Shown here piece by piece: positions 45,651 to 58,019 of a stretch of 64,000 bases of DNA. Under the pieces are notes generated by a model. It was not told the origin of the DNA. It made no database searches and saw only the letters and a list, made by a program, of their open reading frames with translations. Numbering within the stretch: the stretch's first letter is position 1; each line of letters opens with the position of its first letter. The stretch is from Eledone cirrhosa. Lineage: Eukaryota. The DNA lies in NCBI GenBank assembly GCA_964016885.1, contig CAXHJY010000744.1, positions 78,895-142,894 of the forward strand, given 5' to 3'. A program made the position numbers and the translations under genes.

Positions 45651-45850
45651 CATATATATATAAATATATATAAGTATATATATATATACACATGTATATA
45701 TAAATATATATAAATATATATATATACACATGTATATATAAATATATATAAATATATATATATATACATAAATATATATAAATATATATATACATATACA
45801 CACCTATATATATAAATATATATAGATATATATAAACATATATATATGTA

Positions 45851-45909
<59 letters not shown>

Positions 45910-46354
45910 TAATATATACATATATATATATATATTAATATATACATATATATATATATATTAATATATACATATGTGTATATATACATATATATAGATA
46001 ACGAAGGAATTGTGGTAAGGAACCAGATGGACCATAACGCACCAGAGTACTCAATACTTAGGGTATGGCCCCGACGGCAGAGCTGAAGCCGTTTCGACGG
46101 CTATTTCCGGATATATATATATATAAACATATATAAATATATATATATATATATTTATATATAACAAATATATATATACATATATATAACAAATATATAT
46201 ACATATATATTTACATATATATAAACATATATATATATACATATATATAAACATATATATACATATATATATGTGTGTGTGTTACAGATTTCCCAGTGTA
46301 TGTTTATGGAGTATATGTATATACAGACAGAGATATTGATAGGATGATAGAGTG

Positions 46355-46416
<62 letters not shown>

Positions 46417-46545
46417 TTCAATGCCAAACGCAGGAGATATTAGTTGCAGCAGCGAATACTAACGTCACGTTTGTAAACATCTTGGTTTTACTTTCCTAAC
46501 TAACTGATGACTGTGTTGTGCTTGGTGTGCTGGATCTGATCTTCT

Positions 46546-46586
<41 letters not shown>

Positions 46587-46600
46587 ATATATATATATCT

Positions 46601-46663
<63 letters not shown>

Positions 46664-46678
46664 ATATATATATATATT

Positions 46679-46746
<68 letters not shown>

Positions 46747-46799
46747 CACACGCGCGTACATAGATACAGTTGCATCCACAACCGAAGGTGAGAGGTAAT

Positions 46800-46856
<57 letters not shown>

Positions 46857-46922
46857 TATATATATATACACACACACATATATATATATTCATATATATA
46901 TATAAATTCATATATATATAAA

Positions 46923-46992
<70 letters not shown>

Positions 46993-47061
46993 TATATATA
47001 TATATTCATATATATTCATATATATATATATATTCATATATATATTCATATATATATATTC

Positions 47062-47093
<32 letters not shown>

Positions 47094-47100
47094 ACATAGA
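45490..47100. repeat. (TA)n-dominated microsatellite field with short unique islands
   Basis: Direct reading. Confidence 0.9.
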
Positions 47101-47788
47101 TATAGATAGATAGATTATATATATTGCGAAATATAGAGTCCGTGGGAGGGATAGAGAGAGCGTATGGAAGAGTAAGAGAGAATGTGTATGTGTGAGTGTG
47201 TGTATGTGTGAATGTGTATGTGTGTGTGTGACGTGTGGATGTCTGTAAATAGCGAATCTACTATCTGTTTACGTATTTTGTGTACATAATTATAATAACG
47301 TTGGTCTGTATTTGTCTGTGTCTCTCTCTCATCTACACGCTAACCTCTCTTTGTTTCTCTCTATCTCTCCCTTCTCTCCCCTACATGTATGTATTACATT
47401 CCTTCTTCATTTGAACGATGATTGTCAACCAAGCCGGTATATGCAATGTTGTCGGTTTATGATGACTTACAAGCCAGACCTCAACTACTTGGCACTTGAC
47501 TTACAGTTGTTGCTGTGGTACACCACACCACCGTGCCGCCGAAACCAAAGTTGGCATTCCGAGGAGTTTCTTTTACCTGCTTTCTTCTACCATCATTTAA
47601 TTGGCGTCTTTCACTGATAACCTTACCGCTTATTGCACTCTCTCTCTCACTCACTCACTCACTCACTCACTCTCTCTCTCTCTCTCTCATTCTACCTGCT
47701 CTATATTTCGTTCTACTTCTATATAACATACGTATACACGCGATAACACGCTCACATATCTATAATATATACACATAAATATATACAT

Positions 47789-47850
<62 letters not shown>

Positions 47851-48045
47851 ATTCTTTCTACCTCTCCAGCTTGATCTTTTTTTTTATTGTAGGTGAGGGC
47901 TTCCCTTCCTTTAACTAACACATGTTCTCGTTCCTTTCACTTCTTCGTGCAGAGGCATGTAGAAAACCAGACGTCTGTACCTAAGATATAATTATATATA
48001 TATTCATATATATATATATATACGTTTATTATGGATAAGTAGTGA

Positions 48046-48096
48046 GTCTTGTCACTCTGGAGTTTCACCTGCGCACTCACAGGATTATTAAACAAG

Positions 48097-48098
<2 letters not shown>
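48046..48098 (-). ncRNA. Decayed hammerhead
   Basis: gtcttgt-TTAATAA-t-cctgtg agtg cgcagg-t-GAAA-ctccagag-TG-acaagac. Confidence 0.5.
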
Positions 48099-48131
<33 letters not shown>

Positions 48132-48656
48132 ATGTTTGTTACATTATATGTTTAGTCCGATTCCAAGATAGAGTGTAATACAAAACCATGGCTATAAACC
48201 CCACATGTGAAGCAGCTGTCGTTGTTGGTATCGAAACATCATCTCGCCCTTACTGTAAAATGAAACCGCCGGATATTCCAAGCTGGTTTAACCAAACATT
48301 TATTAAGAAGCTACGTAACAGCAGCTGCTGGCAGTTCTATCTACAACAGTGTACACCACCGGCTAAGGGACACTTCCAGGATAACCACCACACTACTACT
48401 ATTACTGTGATTGTATTTTTCTTTCTAATTCTTGGATTAGTCGTTCTCTTCTTTATAATAAACCGACATTGGCGATTTGGCCAAATGATGTCGAACGCTG
48501 TGAGTAAACGATTCAATAAAAATAAAACGAACAGTGAAAAACTTTCCAGACAATCAGCGCAGTGTTTGTACCGAGTGGATACACCAGAGGGTAGGTAGAC
48601 GTGAAGTTACTCTTTATAATTTTGAAAGGTAAAAAAAAAAAATATGCAAAAATAAA

Positions 48657-48699
<43 letters not shown>

Positions 48700-49049
48700 T
48701 AAATTACTGGTAATAAGGTGGTAATGAATTACTGACCTTTCCTGTTTATAATGATTTATAGTGTATATATAAGTATACATATTATTTATATTTATTATAT
48801 ATGAGGTTAACTTTGCCTTTCATCCTTACGGAGTCGATAAAATGAAGTACCAGTAATGTACTGGCCTTGTGCTAAAAGTAGAAACAATTATATATATATA
48901 TATATATATAGTAAGTTTGTTTTGAAACGGCCAGCGAGTTTGAAAAAGATTCATCAATGCTCATCTTTTTTCCATTTCTTAGAGGTTTCTAAACCCCACT
49001 ATCAGGCTAAAATTTCTTTAGTCAAAAAATACGGCGAAAGCTTCTATTT

Positions 49050-49089
<40 letters not shown>

Positions 49090-49092
<3 letters not shown>

Positions 49093-49287
49093 GGTGGGCC
49101 ATAAGTCACTTCTTACCTATTTTTATTAAAACATTACAAATTAACTCAAAACTAATTTTTCTTGGAGGGTGTATTTCTTACATAGCTGGATCTTGTTTTT
49201 ATTCAACTTTTATCTGAAAGGGAAAAAAAATATTTCAATAATAAAAAATTAATTTTTTTTAATAGGAAGTGACTTTTGGCCACCCTG
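49090..49287. mobile_element. Tc1/mariner-type MITE
   Basis: TIR cagggtgg(g)cca.aagtcacttc at both ends; TA on the left. Confidence 0.8.
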
Positions 49288-49365
49288 TGTGCGCGTGCGC
49301 GTGTGTGTGTGTCAATCGGGGGCTAACCACAGTAAGTAAGGTACTCAATACATAGAGTATAAATA

Positions 49366-49493
49366 TTTAATATAGATATGACCAAGAATTAGACGAGAAC
49401 CGTTTCATTCGAAGGAAATCATCGGGAAAGCTTTCCTGATGATTTCCTCGAATGAAACTGTTCTCGTCCTGTAGAAGCCATATCTATATTAAA
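49366..49493. repeat. Palindrome made of two head-to-head hammerhead cores
   Basis: gacgagaac.gtttcattcga..gaaatcatcgggaaag|ctttcCTGATGAtttcctcgaatGAAActgttctcGTC. Confidence 0.8.
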
Positions 49494-50308
49494 ATATATA
49501 TAACGTTGTTGCCCGAGTGTGGAAATGTAATAACTAAAAATGAGCTCTCAAGCACTCAATATAGTAAACATAAAGGTAAATAGCTTATACTATATAAAAC
49601 ACATGGGAAACTACCATCTACTTTCCTAAGTATTTGGAGCTTCCCGAAGCAAGCTGACGTTATTGCTACTTCGTTAGGCAGCCCATTTTGGCTGACGAAC
49701 GAAGCAGGTATATGCCATGTGTTTTACATAATATATCATTTATATTTGCGAACCACTCCTTAGCACTATTTTAATATACTTACTTTCACGCTCTGACAAC
49801 AAACTCTGTTATATTTAAAGTTTATACATTCGTATTGTCTATGTAAGCCAAGCCGAAGGGAAAGATGAGCAGAGCCTGTTCGTATGAGTCTAAGATTATG
49901 AGGGGTGACCTACGCGCCTGGTGGGTGGTGGACAAATGATCATAAGGTGGTGAGTTCGCTTCGTACACCGGGCGGCGTTTTGCAACTGGCTGATGGTACC
50001 AATGATGGAAAAAAAACAACAGAAACTTCTTTGATCCGATCGGTTCCTTTCCCTTTATTTGTTCACCTCCAGTTCTATATTTGTTATTCTATTCTGTTAC
50101 TCGTAAATACTCCATGTACACTATATCTACATGATGGTAACCCATATATAAATCACATGTATTTAATACTGAAATACATAACGAGTCCCACAATTGCCAT
50201 GGGACTACAACCAGTTTGTACGAGCCTGCATGTATGTATATGTGTGTATATATGCATGTATGTATATATTCTGTATGTATATATATGCATGTATGTATAT
50301 ATGTGTAC

Positions 50309-50350
<42 letters not shown>

Positions 50351-50559
50351 TGTGAGAAAAACCACAGACCCTCCATTTCAACTCTATTTTTGAAAAGCAG
50401 AAGAACTGCGAAACCGGTAAAGGGACGACCAAATAAATATATATATTTTTTTTTAAATAAGACTCCAGTTGCATTTTCGATTTCATCTTTTTTTCTTTAT
50501 ACTTTTACTCGTGGAGGACACCTCGGTTATTTTTCATTTTGTAAAAAAAACCTCACTTT

Positions 50560-50647
<88 letters not shown>

Positions 50648-50844
50648 AGTGTGTGTATGAACCCATAACTCCTGGTGGAGACGTAATGGTGCTGTAGTGT
50701 CATACAGGGCTTCTCAAGCAATTTTTTTATATCTGGTGGAGCCCCTCCCCTCTCCAGGTCTGAACACATGCGATTTCCTTTAGAGAGAGAGAGAGACAAC
50801 GAAAGTGATAAAGAGACATAAAAAAAGTAACGATCTAGTATAAG

Positions 50845-51220
50845 ACTGGTACTTTTTTATCGACCTCGAAGGATGAAAGGCAAAGTTGATCTCGGCGGGA
50901 TTTGAACACGAAGTGCTATCGAATGTTCTAACGACTCTGCTAATTCTCCACCTAATACATGTATACTGGATCGTTAATGTGTGTCTGCGTGTGTGTTTAA
51001 CTTTTATTTAACAAAATTTAATTTTGATAAAGAAATAATAAAGAGAGGCAAAATAATAGTTTCTTATATAGGCACAAGGCCAGCAATTTTGGGGGAGGGG
51101 AAAGTCGTTTAAATCTATCCCAGTGCGTTACTGGTACTTTCTTTTATCGATTCTATAAAGATGAAAGGCAAAGTTGACCACGGCGGGAATTGAACACAAA
51201 ACGTAAAGGGCCGTAACTCT
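50845..51220 (-). mobile_element. Two SINE family A fragments (50845-50952, 51055-51220)
   Basis: Match the consensus. Confidence 0.75.
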
Positions 51221-51319
51221 AGGGTTTCACAAAAAATGTATACACACTTTGATTACCTGAACAGGTAATATCTATTAGAATGCTGTTGAAGTGTGTATAC
51301 ATTTTTTGGGGACACCTTG
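51221..51319. mobile_element. ~100-bp Tc1-like MITE
   Basis: TIR core caaaaaatgtatacacactt / aagtgtgtatacattttttg. Confidence 0.75.
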
Positions 51320-51363
51320 TATATGCCACAAAGTATGTTGTCCGATATTTATTTTGGTAAATT

Positions 51364-51805
51364 TATAGAACACCGCACTCAATTTCAGTGGATGAAAAAA
51401 CATTTTTCTTGTTTTGTTTTTTTGTGTGTGTGTACTATCGACTAAACTAACTTCCAAGATGCTGGCAATCGACTTTTTTTCCCGGAGAACGGAGAAGGTG
51501 GGGTGCTCCCCTCTCTCGATAAATCCCTCACCCTCCTCGTCGTTTCTCTACAATTTTTCCCCCCGTTGTTATCAACGAATATGACCTCCTAACTAGTCGG
51601 AAACGACTAGATCTGTAGAAAAAGTAGTGTTAGAGGGGGCGAAAAGACCATCAAAGTTTCGCAAAACGGAAACCCTAACCCTAATCCGAGGGGAAATGTC
51701 GATTGCCAGCATTTTGGAGGTTAGATAAGTTGATAGTACACGAAAAAAAGAAAAAACGAGGAAAAGAAATTTTTTTCCCCACTGTAATCGAATGCGGTTT
51801 CTATA
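51364..51805. mobile_element. MITE / fold-back element with ~120-bp imperfect TIRs
   Basis: tagaacaccgca..gtactatc.act..ccaagatgctggcaatcgac versus gtcgattgccagcattttgg..gatagtac..tgcggtttcta. Confidence 0.8.
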
Positions 51806-52221
51806 ATAATACCCTTATTTTTTTAAGGCTGATTCTTATTTTATCGATCTTTTTTTTTTTTTCGTCGAGTCGCTGAATTACGGGACATAAACATTGCCAC
51901 ACACACACACACGCACACACTGGTGTTTCTCCAGAATAACACCCACCGCCAACATCACTGTCGCATGATAGATAAATATAAAACAATATGATCCCAACTA
52001 ATTTACTTCAAATTAGGGTTAGGGTTTGAGGTCGGGGGTTTAGGTTTACGGTTAATTCAATCAATTTCCTGTACGTGATACCAGCCATGCAAATAGAAAA
52101 CAGGAACTAACTCTAATACTTAACCCTCAACCTAATCACATGCCTCACCCTAATAAGAATATATTGTTGTCTTATATTAATTTATTATGATTGGTAAAGA
52201 CTATTCTGGGGGTTTCGACAG

Positions 52222-52373
52222 GTTTCTGCAGTTTCCGTCTACCAAATTCTACTCACAAGGCAATAGTCAAGCTGAAACTTGAGTAGAATACAGTTGCCCA
52301 GGGTAACGTTCGCGCCGCGGGACTGAACTCAGCGATACGTGGATCCGAAACGAACTCATTAACCCCACAGCCA
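52222..52373 (-). mobile_element. tRNA/CORE-like SINE (family D)
   Basis: Minus strand: ggctgtgggg..gttcagtccc..ctgggcaac..ttgtgagtagaatttggtagacggaaactg. Confidence 0.7.
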
Positions 52374-52386
52374 TAATAATATTATA

Positions 52387-52715
52387 TACTCTCGGGTCCT
52401 AAATAATATTGAGGGGTTGGAATAAACAAGGTGGGGGAATCAGCAATTTTTCTCGGTTGTCTCGGTTGAATTTTTTTTAAAAACCAGAATTAATTGTTTA
52501 GTTTACATATTGAGACCCCTAACCTATCTTATTTATTTGATAATGTATGGATTTCTAATTATGTACTTTTTTTTGTCATGTATAATGTATTATAATGTAT
52601 AAAGAAAATTAATTGCTGCAAGAATGCTACCACTAAAATTAAAATTTCACCGAGGATAGATTAGCAAAATTTTATAAAGGGGGTGGAGGGGACGATTATT
52701 CGAGACCCGAGAGTA
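52387..52715. mobile_element. TA-flanked MITE
   Basis: TA-ctctcgggtc..aataat / attatt..gacccgagag-TA. Confidence 0.75.
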
Positions 52716-52904
52716 TTTATTATTTCCTTATTTGCATATTTATTTATTTATTTATTTATTTATTTATTTTATTTATCTATTTATTTTTGGTTGTTGTTTG
52801 TTGCTATTTGTTGTTCTTGTTTGGTCTTTGCGAACATAGTTTATAAACTTCTTATTGATTGATCGTTATAAGGTATATACGATTAGATTAAATAGCATGA
52901 AGGC

Positions 52905-53190
52905 GTGTGACTTTGTGTTAGGGGTGTTCGGCTTACAATGGTAAGGTCGATTCTCGGCGGTGCTTTATTTCCCGTTCCTCCAGTCCACTCAGCTGGCAAA
53001 AATGAGTTGTACCTGTAATTCGAAAGGCCAGCCTTGTGACATTCTGTGTCACGCTGAATCTTCCTGAGAAATACGTTAAGGGTATGCCTATATGTGGAAT
53101 GCTCAGCCACTTGTAAGTTAATTTCACGAGCAGGCTGTTCCGTTGATCAGATCAACTAGAACACCCATCGTCCTAACCGACGGAGTACCA
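52905..53190 (+). mobile_element. SINE family B
   Basis: Body matches 617-830 and 20051-20248. Confidence 0.7.
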
Positions 53191-53296
53191 GTTAGATTAG
53201 ATAGAGGATATGTAGAGGAGAGGGGGGGGGGGGGTGTTATGAATGTTAAAAGTAGGCAAAATAACTGGGGCGATGAAGATGTTTATTTTTTTTATG

Positions 53297-53422
<126 letters not shown>

Positions 53423-53536
53423 CGATTGATCTGTCTATCTGCCTGTCTATATATATATCGATTGATCTGTCTATCTGCCTGTCTATATATATATATGTGT
53501 GTGTGCGCATTTTTTTATACTTCTATGCAACTCAGA

Positions 53537-53611
<75 letters not shown>

Positions 53612-53728
53612 TTCATGGGACATGGAAATTTTAAAGTTTTTTTTGTATATATATATATATACAAAAAAAAACTTTAAAATGTATATATATTTATATATAT
53701 GTATGTAATAAACAACATAAGATAATTA

Positions 53729-53789
53729 TTTCATTTACCAGTGGTTTCTTGAAAGCAAAAAAAATTTGCTTTCAGTCATCAGAATGAAA
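53729..53789 (-). ncRNA. Type I hammerhead (GUA site)
   Basis: tttcatt-CTGATGA-c-tgaaagcaaa..tttgctttca-a-GAAA-ccactgg-TA-aatgaaa. Confidence 0.8.
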
Positions 53790-53853
53790 AAATCCTGGTG
53801 TATTTATTGACAGTGGATTTTAAAATCCACTGTCAATAAATACACCAGGATTT

Positions 53854-53914
53854 TTTCATTCTGATGACTGAAAGCAAATTTTGTTTGCTTTCAAGAAACC
53901 ACTGGTGAATGAAA
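53854..53914 (+). ncRNA. Type I hammerhead (cleavage site reads GUG)
   Basis: Same as the left arm but ..ccactgg-TG-aatgaaa. Confidence 0.7.
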
Positions 53915-54319
53915 TAATTATCTTATGTTGTTTATTACATAACTAATAAGCTCTGTAACCTACATAGAGCACTCTTTTTTCCTGGACCTTTCCGGCGGAA
54001 TTACTTCATTTATATATATATGTGTATGTATATATATTATGCATGTATATTACATATACATTATACACACACATGCAAACTTACGTGTTCAAGTCGCCAA
54101 AACATTGGATATTCTACTCATATACGTTCTCATGCAAACTCAAATACACATTACGTACATGCACACACGCACTACATAAACAATACATAAAAATACGCCC
54201 TACATACAAGCAGGCATATACTACTGATGCTTACTGCAGGCACTATAGACAGGGAGAGACTCGCACGCATATACTAGACATAAACGCGTACAAACATTCT
54301 ACAGACACTGCAACTAGCC

Positions 54320-54765
54320 AACGAGTGCCCTCTACGTAGTAACTCAATCTGCTAGAAATAGCAGCTAAATCCTCCTCATATCTCACTTTACTGTATTGAA
54401 AAAGCGAAGAACACGGTGTGTGGTATAGCTCGATATAGATATATACTTCCTGAAATAACACGATGGGATGGTCACAAGTGGAATGCTTTAGATTATAGGT
54501 CTATTCAAACAACTGACCCGGGACTAAGCAACAAATATTGACTATAAAACTGTTTATAGACTGTCTGATCCTCCGATCTGCTGAAAATAACTGTTAACTT
54601 TCCGTTAAACCCCTCACTAAAGTTTTAAAAAATCATATTTAAAACTATATTAGATAATGTGGTCATGGTTACACCCTACCTTTAAAAATATGACGGTTTT
54701 GGTCAAGGCTAGAATGGTTTTAATCATTGGACTGTTCAAAGAGGGCTAACTTGGGCTAAACAACT
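54320..54765 (+). mobile_element. Two tandem copies of an old dispersed repeat (family E)
   Basis: ctgct.gaaata.c.g.taa heads and gg.ctaa.caac tails; related pieces near 21510 and 59065-59250. Confidence 0.5.
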
Positions 54766-55521
54766 TCAGACAGACTTTACAAAAGTGCTTTGCAATAGAG
54801 CTTCTACATCACAGTTTGACCTGCTAAATATCACCCCGCGAAACAATAACAATATGAATATATATTTTTTTTAAATAGACAATGCATGACAAATAGAACG
54901 GAGAGAGAAAGAGTGTGTGTGTGAGAGAGAGAGAGAGAGGTTAAGCATGTTATAATAGGTAATTGATGATTAATTTTAGTCTGAAAATGTGAAAATTTTG
55001 AAAATAAAATATCCCAGCCTCTTGTGATACCCTTGTATAAAGGTGAGGGATGAGATTCTTCGCTCTCGGGCAGAACTTTGCCTGCAATCAAATTCGAAAT
55101 ATCCCGCCATTAAAAAGCCAGTCTATTATCGAGCAGCAACTTAAAGGTTTTCCCATTGGCTGGAAACTTACTGATGGAATGCTGCAATAAGTATGCCCTT
55201 CCCAAGCGTATAACGACGTAAGTAGAGGCAGTATGATGTGTAGTGAAAATCTACGAGTCCACAACTATATATATTAAAGTACTTGATGCCTTAATACTTA
55301 AATTGACATGTCATATGTATTTAACTTTAACTGGTCACTCATGAGGTTGCATCTCATAAGAGGTTTATTCGGTGCTTTAATGAGAGGGTCTCCAGTCCTA
55401 TTATGAAAAGCAACGTGAAATGTTGTATTGAAACTAATGAAATAATACAGGAAAGGAGCCGATCGTCATATCGGACCAAGGAAAAAGTGTTTCCATTGGT
55501 CTTCCATTATTGATCCTATCT

Positions 55522-55708
55522 AAGGGCGGTGGATTGGCAGTATCGGTAGAGAGTCGGACGCCATGCTTTCCAGCATAGTTACGTCCCTTTGCGGTCTGAG
55601 TTCAAATCCCGCCGAGGTTAACTTTGCCTTTCATCCTTACGGGGTCGATAAAATAAAGTACCAGTAATGTACTGGGTAATTGCTGGCCTTGTGCCAAAAG
55701 TAGAAACA
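55522..55708 (+). mobile_element. Full-length SINE family A with a 16-bp TSD
   Basis: attattgatcctatct at 55506-55521 and 55709-55724; B-box GAGTTCAAATCCC. Confidence 0.92.
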
Positions 55709-56769
55709 ATTATTGATCCTATCTGCCGTTTAGAACTCCCATTAGAAAGAACATAGAATAAAGTATTTTGCTCAAGAATACAACATGCTGTCCGATCTAG
55801 AAATCGAACTCACAATCTCGTGATCATGAGTCCAACATCCAAATAACTGGCAACTCGCCTTCACAAATTTGTGAAGGCGACTCGCCATGCAAAGATGCGT
55901 GGCTATGTGAAGGCATGCGGCTTAGCGGTTAGTGTGTTGGTCTTACGATCGTGTAGCTGTGAGTTCGGTTTTGGGACTAGGTAATGTGTTGTGTTCTTGA
56001 ACAAAACACTTCATTTAACGTTGCTCCAGTAAATTCAGCTAAAACTGAGTACTAACTGGAGGTTAACCCTGATTGCCTGGTGTCTTGTCAAGGAAGGGCG
56101 GTCTTGTACTCAGTCACGTAAAACCAATGAAATTGGGATAAACTCTGGCACGATGATCATCTAGTCATGAGACAGACTTTAAAACTAATACTTAAAGTGG
56201 AGATGTGAAAACAAATCATTTAAAAAAATATGATTTGAAATGAAATAATTTGACCTCGGATAATTTCGAGGAACACCGACATAATTCCACTCTTGTGATA
56301 GAACTTTTCCCACAATGAAACTCGGAAAAGTCCGCCGGTGAAATCTCTAAAACCCATATGAAAAAAAAACACACAATGTTTAAGCTCGTACATCAAAACA
56401 GTAGTTCAACCTATTTATTTATTTTGGAGTGGGGTACATACTGTTAATCAAAACACATACACCAGTTGAGTTTTATTAATCAAATAATTAATCCATCAAT
56501 CAGTTTCTTAATCAACCTGTGACATTATATACGATTATGACTTCTCCTCTTCATCCATACCTACTCCATCTTCTCTGTTTATCTTATTTACTTTTTACTT
56601 TTACTGTTTAGTCAAGGAGGAAAGAGCAGATCTCATGGCCCTTTTCATGCTGGAAAGGAAGAAGGCACCCTTAAAGCAGAGACCTGGCCGAATGCTTGCA
56701 ACATAGTAGATTCTGCTAAAAGCACCCGGGTGGTGATGTTAAACCAGATGACATAAGTTGAATTTATAG

Positions 56770-56962
56770 CAGACCTGCCAACCTCTAAAACCACAAACGG
56801 GGAGTACCATGAAAAAATTGCCCCAAAACGGAGAGAAACGATGTAAAATGGGAATATTTTACATAGTGATAGCTTTACCCATTTTCACAAGGGAAGATAT
56901 CTCTCACTCACCCCAAAGTGGGTAGGAGATCTCCTGTCGAACGGGGAGAGTTGACAGGTCTG
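56770..56962. mobile_element. hAT-like MITE
   Basis: 16-bp TIR cagacctg(c/t)caactct. Confidence 0.7.
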
Positions 56963-57309
56963 TTAGAGTATTCACTTGTTTACCCTCAATGCAGATGCTA
57001 CTCTACAGTTTCTTATGCACTTCGCTCCTGGTACTAAAACATGCTTCCCCACTCTTGATAAATTGATACAACAAAGGGTGCTGAAAGTACTGCTCTCGAG
57101 CGACTAAAGTCATAGTCGGACTATTCTAAGATTCTAAGACCAACAACAACACGTGCTCACTCTTGTATCAATCCTTTTCCTCGTTTTTTTTCTTACTGTC
57201 GTCTGTTTACTTTTTTCTTCTCTCTCCCAAACATCCTCTTTTCTTTCTTTTTCTATCTTCTAAAACGTTCAAACTATTTTCCATACGCCATCATTAACTT
57301 CGGCGGGAT

Positions 57310-57880
57310 GGTCTGAGTTCAAATCCCTCCGAGGTTAACTTTGCCTTTCATCCTTACAGGGGTCGATAAAATAAAGTACCAGTAATGTACTGGTATAATT
57401 GCTGGCCTTGTGCCAAAAGTAGAAACAATTATATTGTATTGTATTGAGGGCGGTGGATTGGCAATCAGTAGAGCATCGGATACCATGCTTCGCGGCATAG
57501 AGTTGCGGCCCTTTATGTTCCGAGTTCAAATCCTACCAAGGTTAACTTTGCCTTTCATCCTTACGGGGGTCTATAAAATAAATACCAGTAATACTCTGGG
57601 GTCGATTCAATCAACTCCCCCCCCCCCAATTGCTGGCCTTATGCCTAAATCAGAAACCATTATATTGTATTGTATTGGGAGTATCGTTAGCGCGTCGGAC
57701 ATTATGCGTTGCGGCATATAGTTACGGCCCTTTACATTCTGAGTTCAAATCCCGCCGAGGTCAGCTTTGCCTTTCATTCTTACGGGGTCGATAAATAAAG
57801 CACCAGTAATGTACTGGTGTCGATTTAACCGACTTTCCCCTACAACAAATGGCCTTATGCCTATAGTAGAATCCATTATA
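57310..57880 (+). mobile_element. Three head-to-tail SINE A copies
   Basis: Repeated body separated by attatattgtattgtattg spacers. Confidence 0.85.
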
Positions 57881-58019
57881 TTACATTGTTCTCTTCTATT
57901 GTTTTTCCGTGTTGGCTTTTCTTATGTTTTAATTATTGTCTTATTATTATCTTATTGAGCTAACAAAACTAGGAAGTTCTTTAGGGGAATTACAGCACAC
58001 CCAACCCTTGCTGCCACTA

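Larger units (their letters stand above)
53703..53940. repeat. 238-bp near-perfect palindrome with a hammerhead in each arm
   Basis: Two 119-bp arms, centre ggatttt|aaaatcc at 53821/53822. Confidence 0.92.

Noticed and set aside
48188-48598. 136-aa ORF with a hydrophobic stretch
   Set aside because: No recognisable domain; length compatible with chance
52013-52155. Interstitial telomere
   Set aside because: Only two exact TTAGGG units; more likely internal to a repeat
55522-55620. tRNA genes at GTTCAAATCCC motifs
   Set aside because: They are SINE heads; no complete cloverleaf
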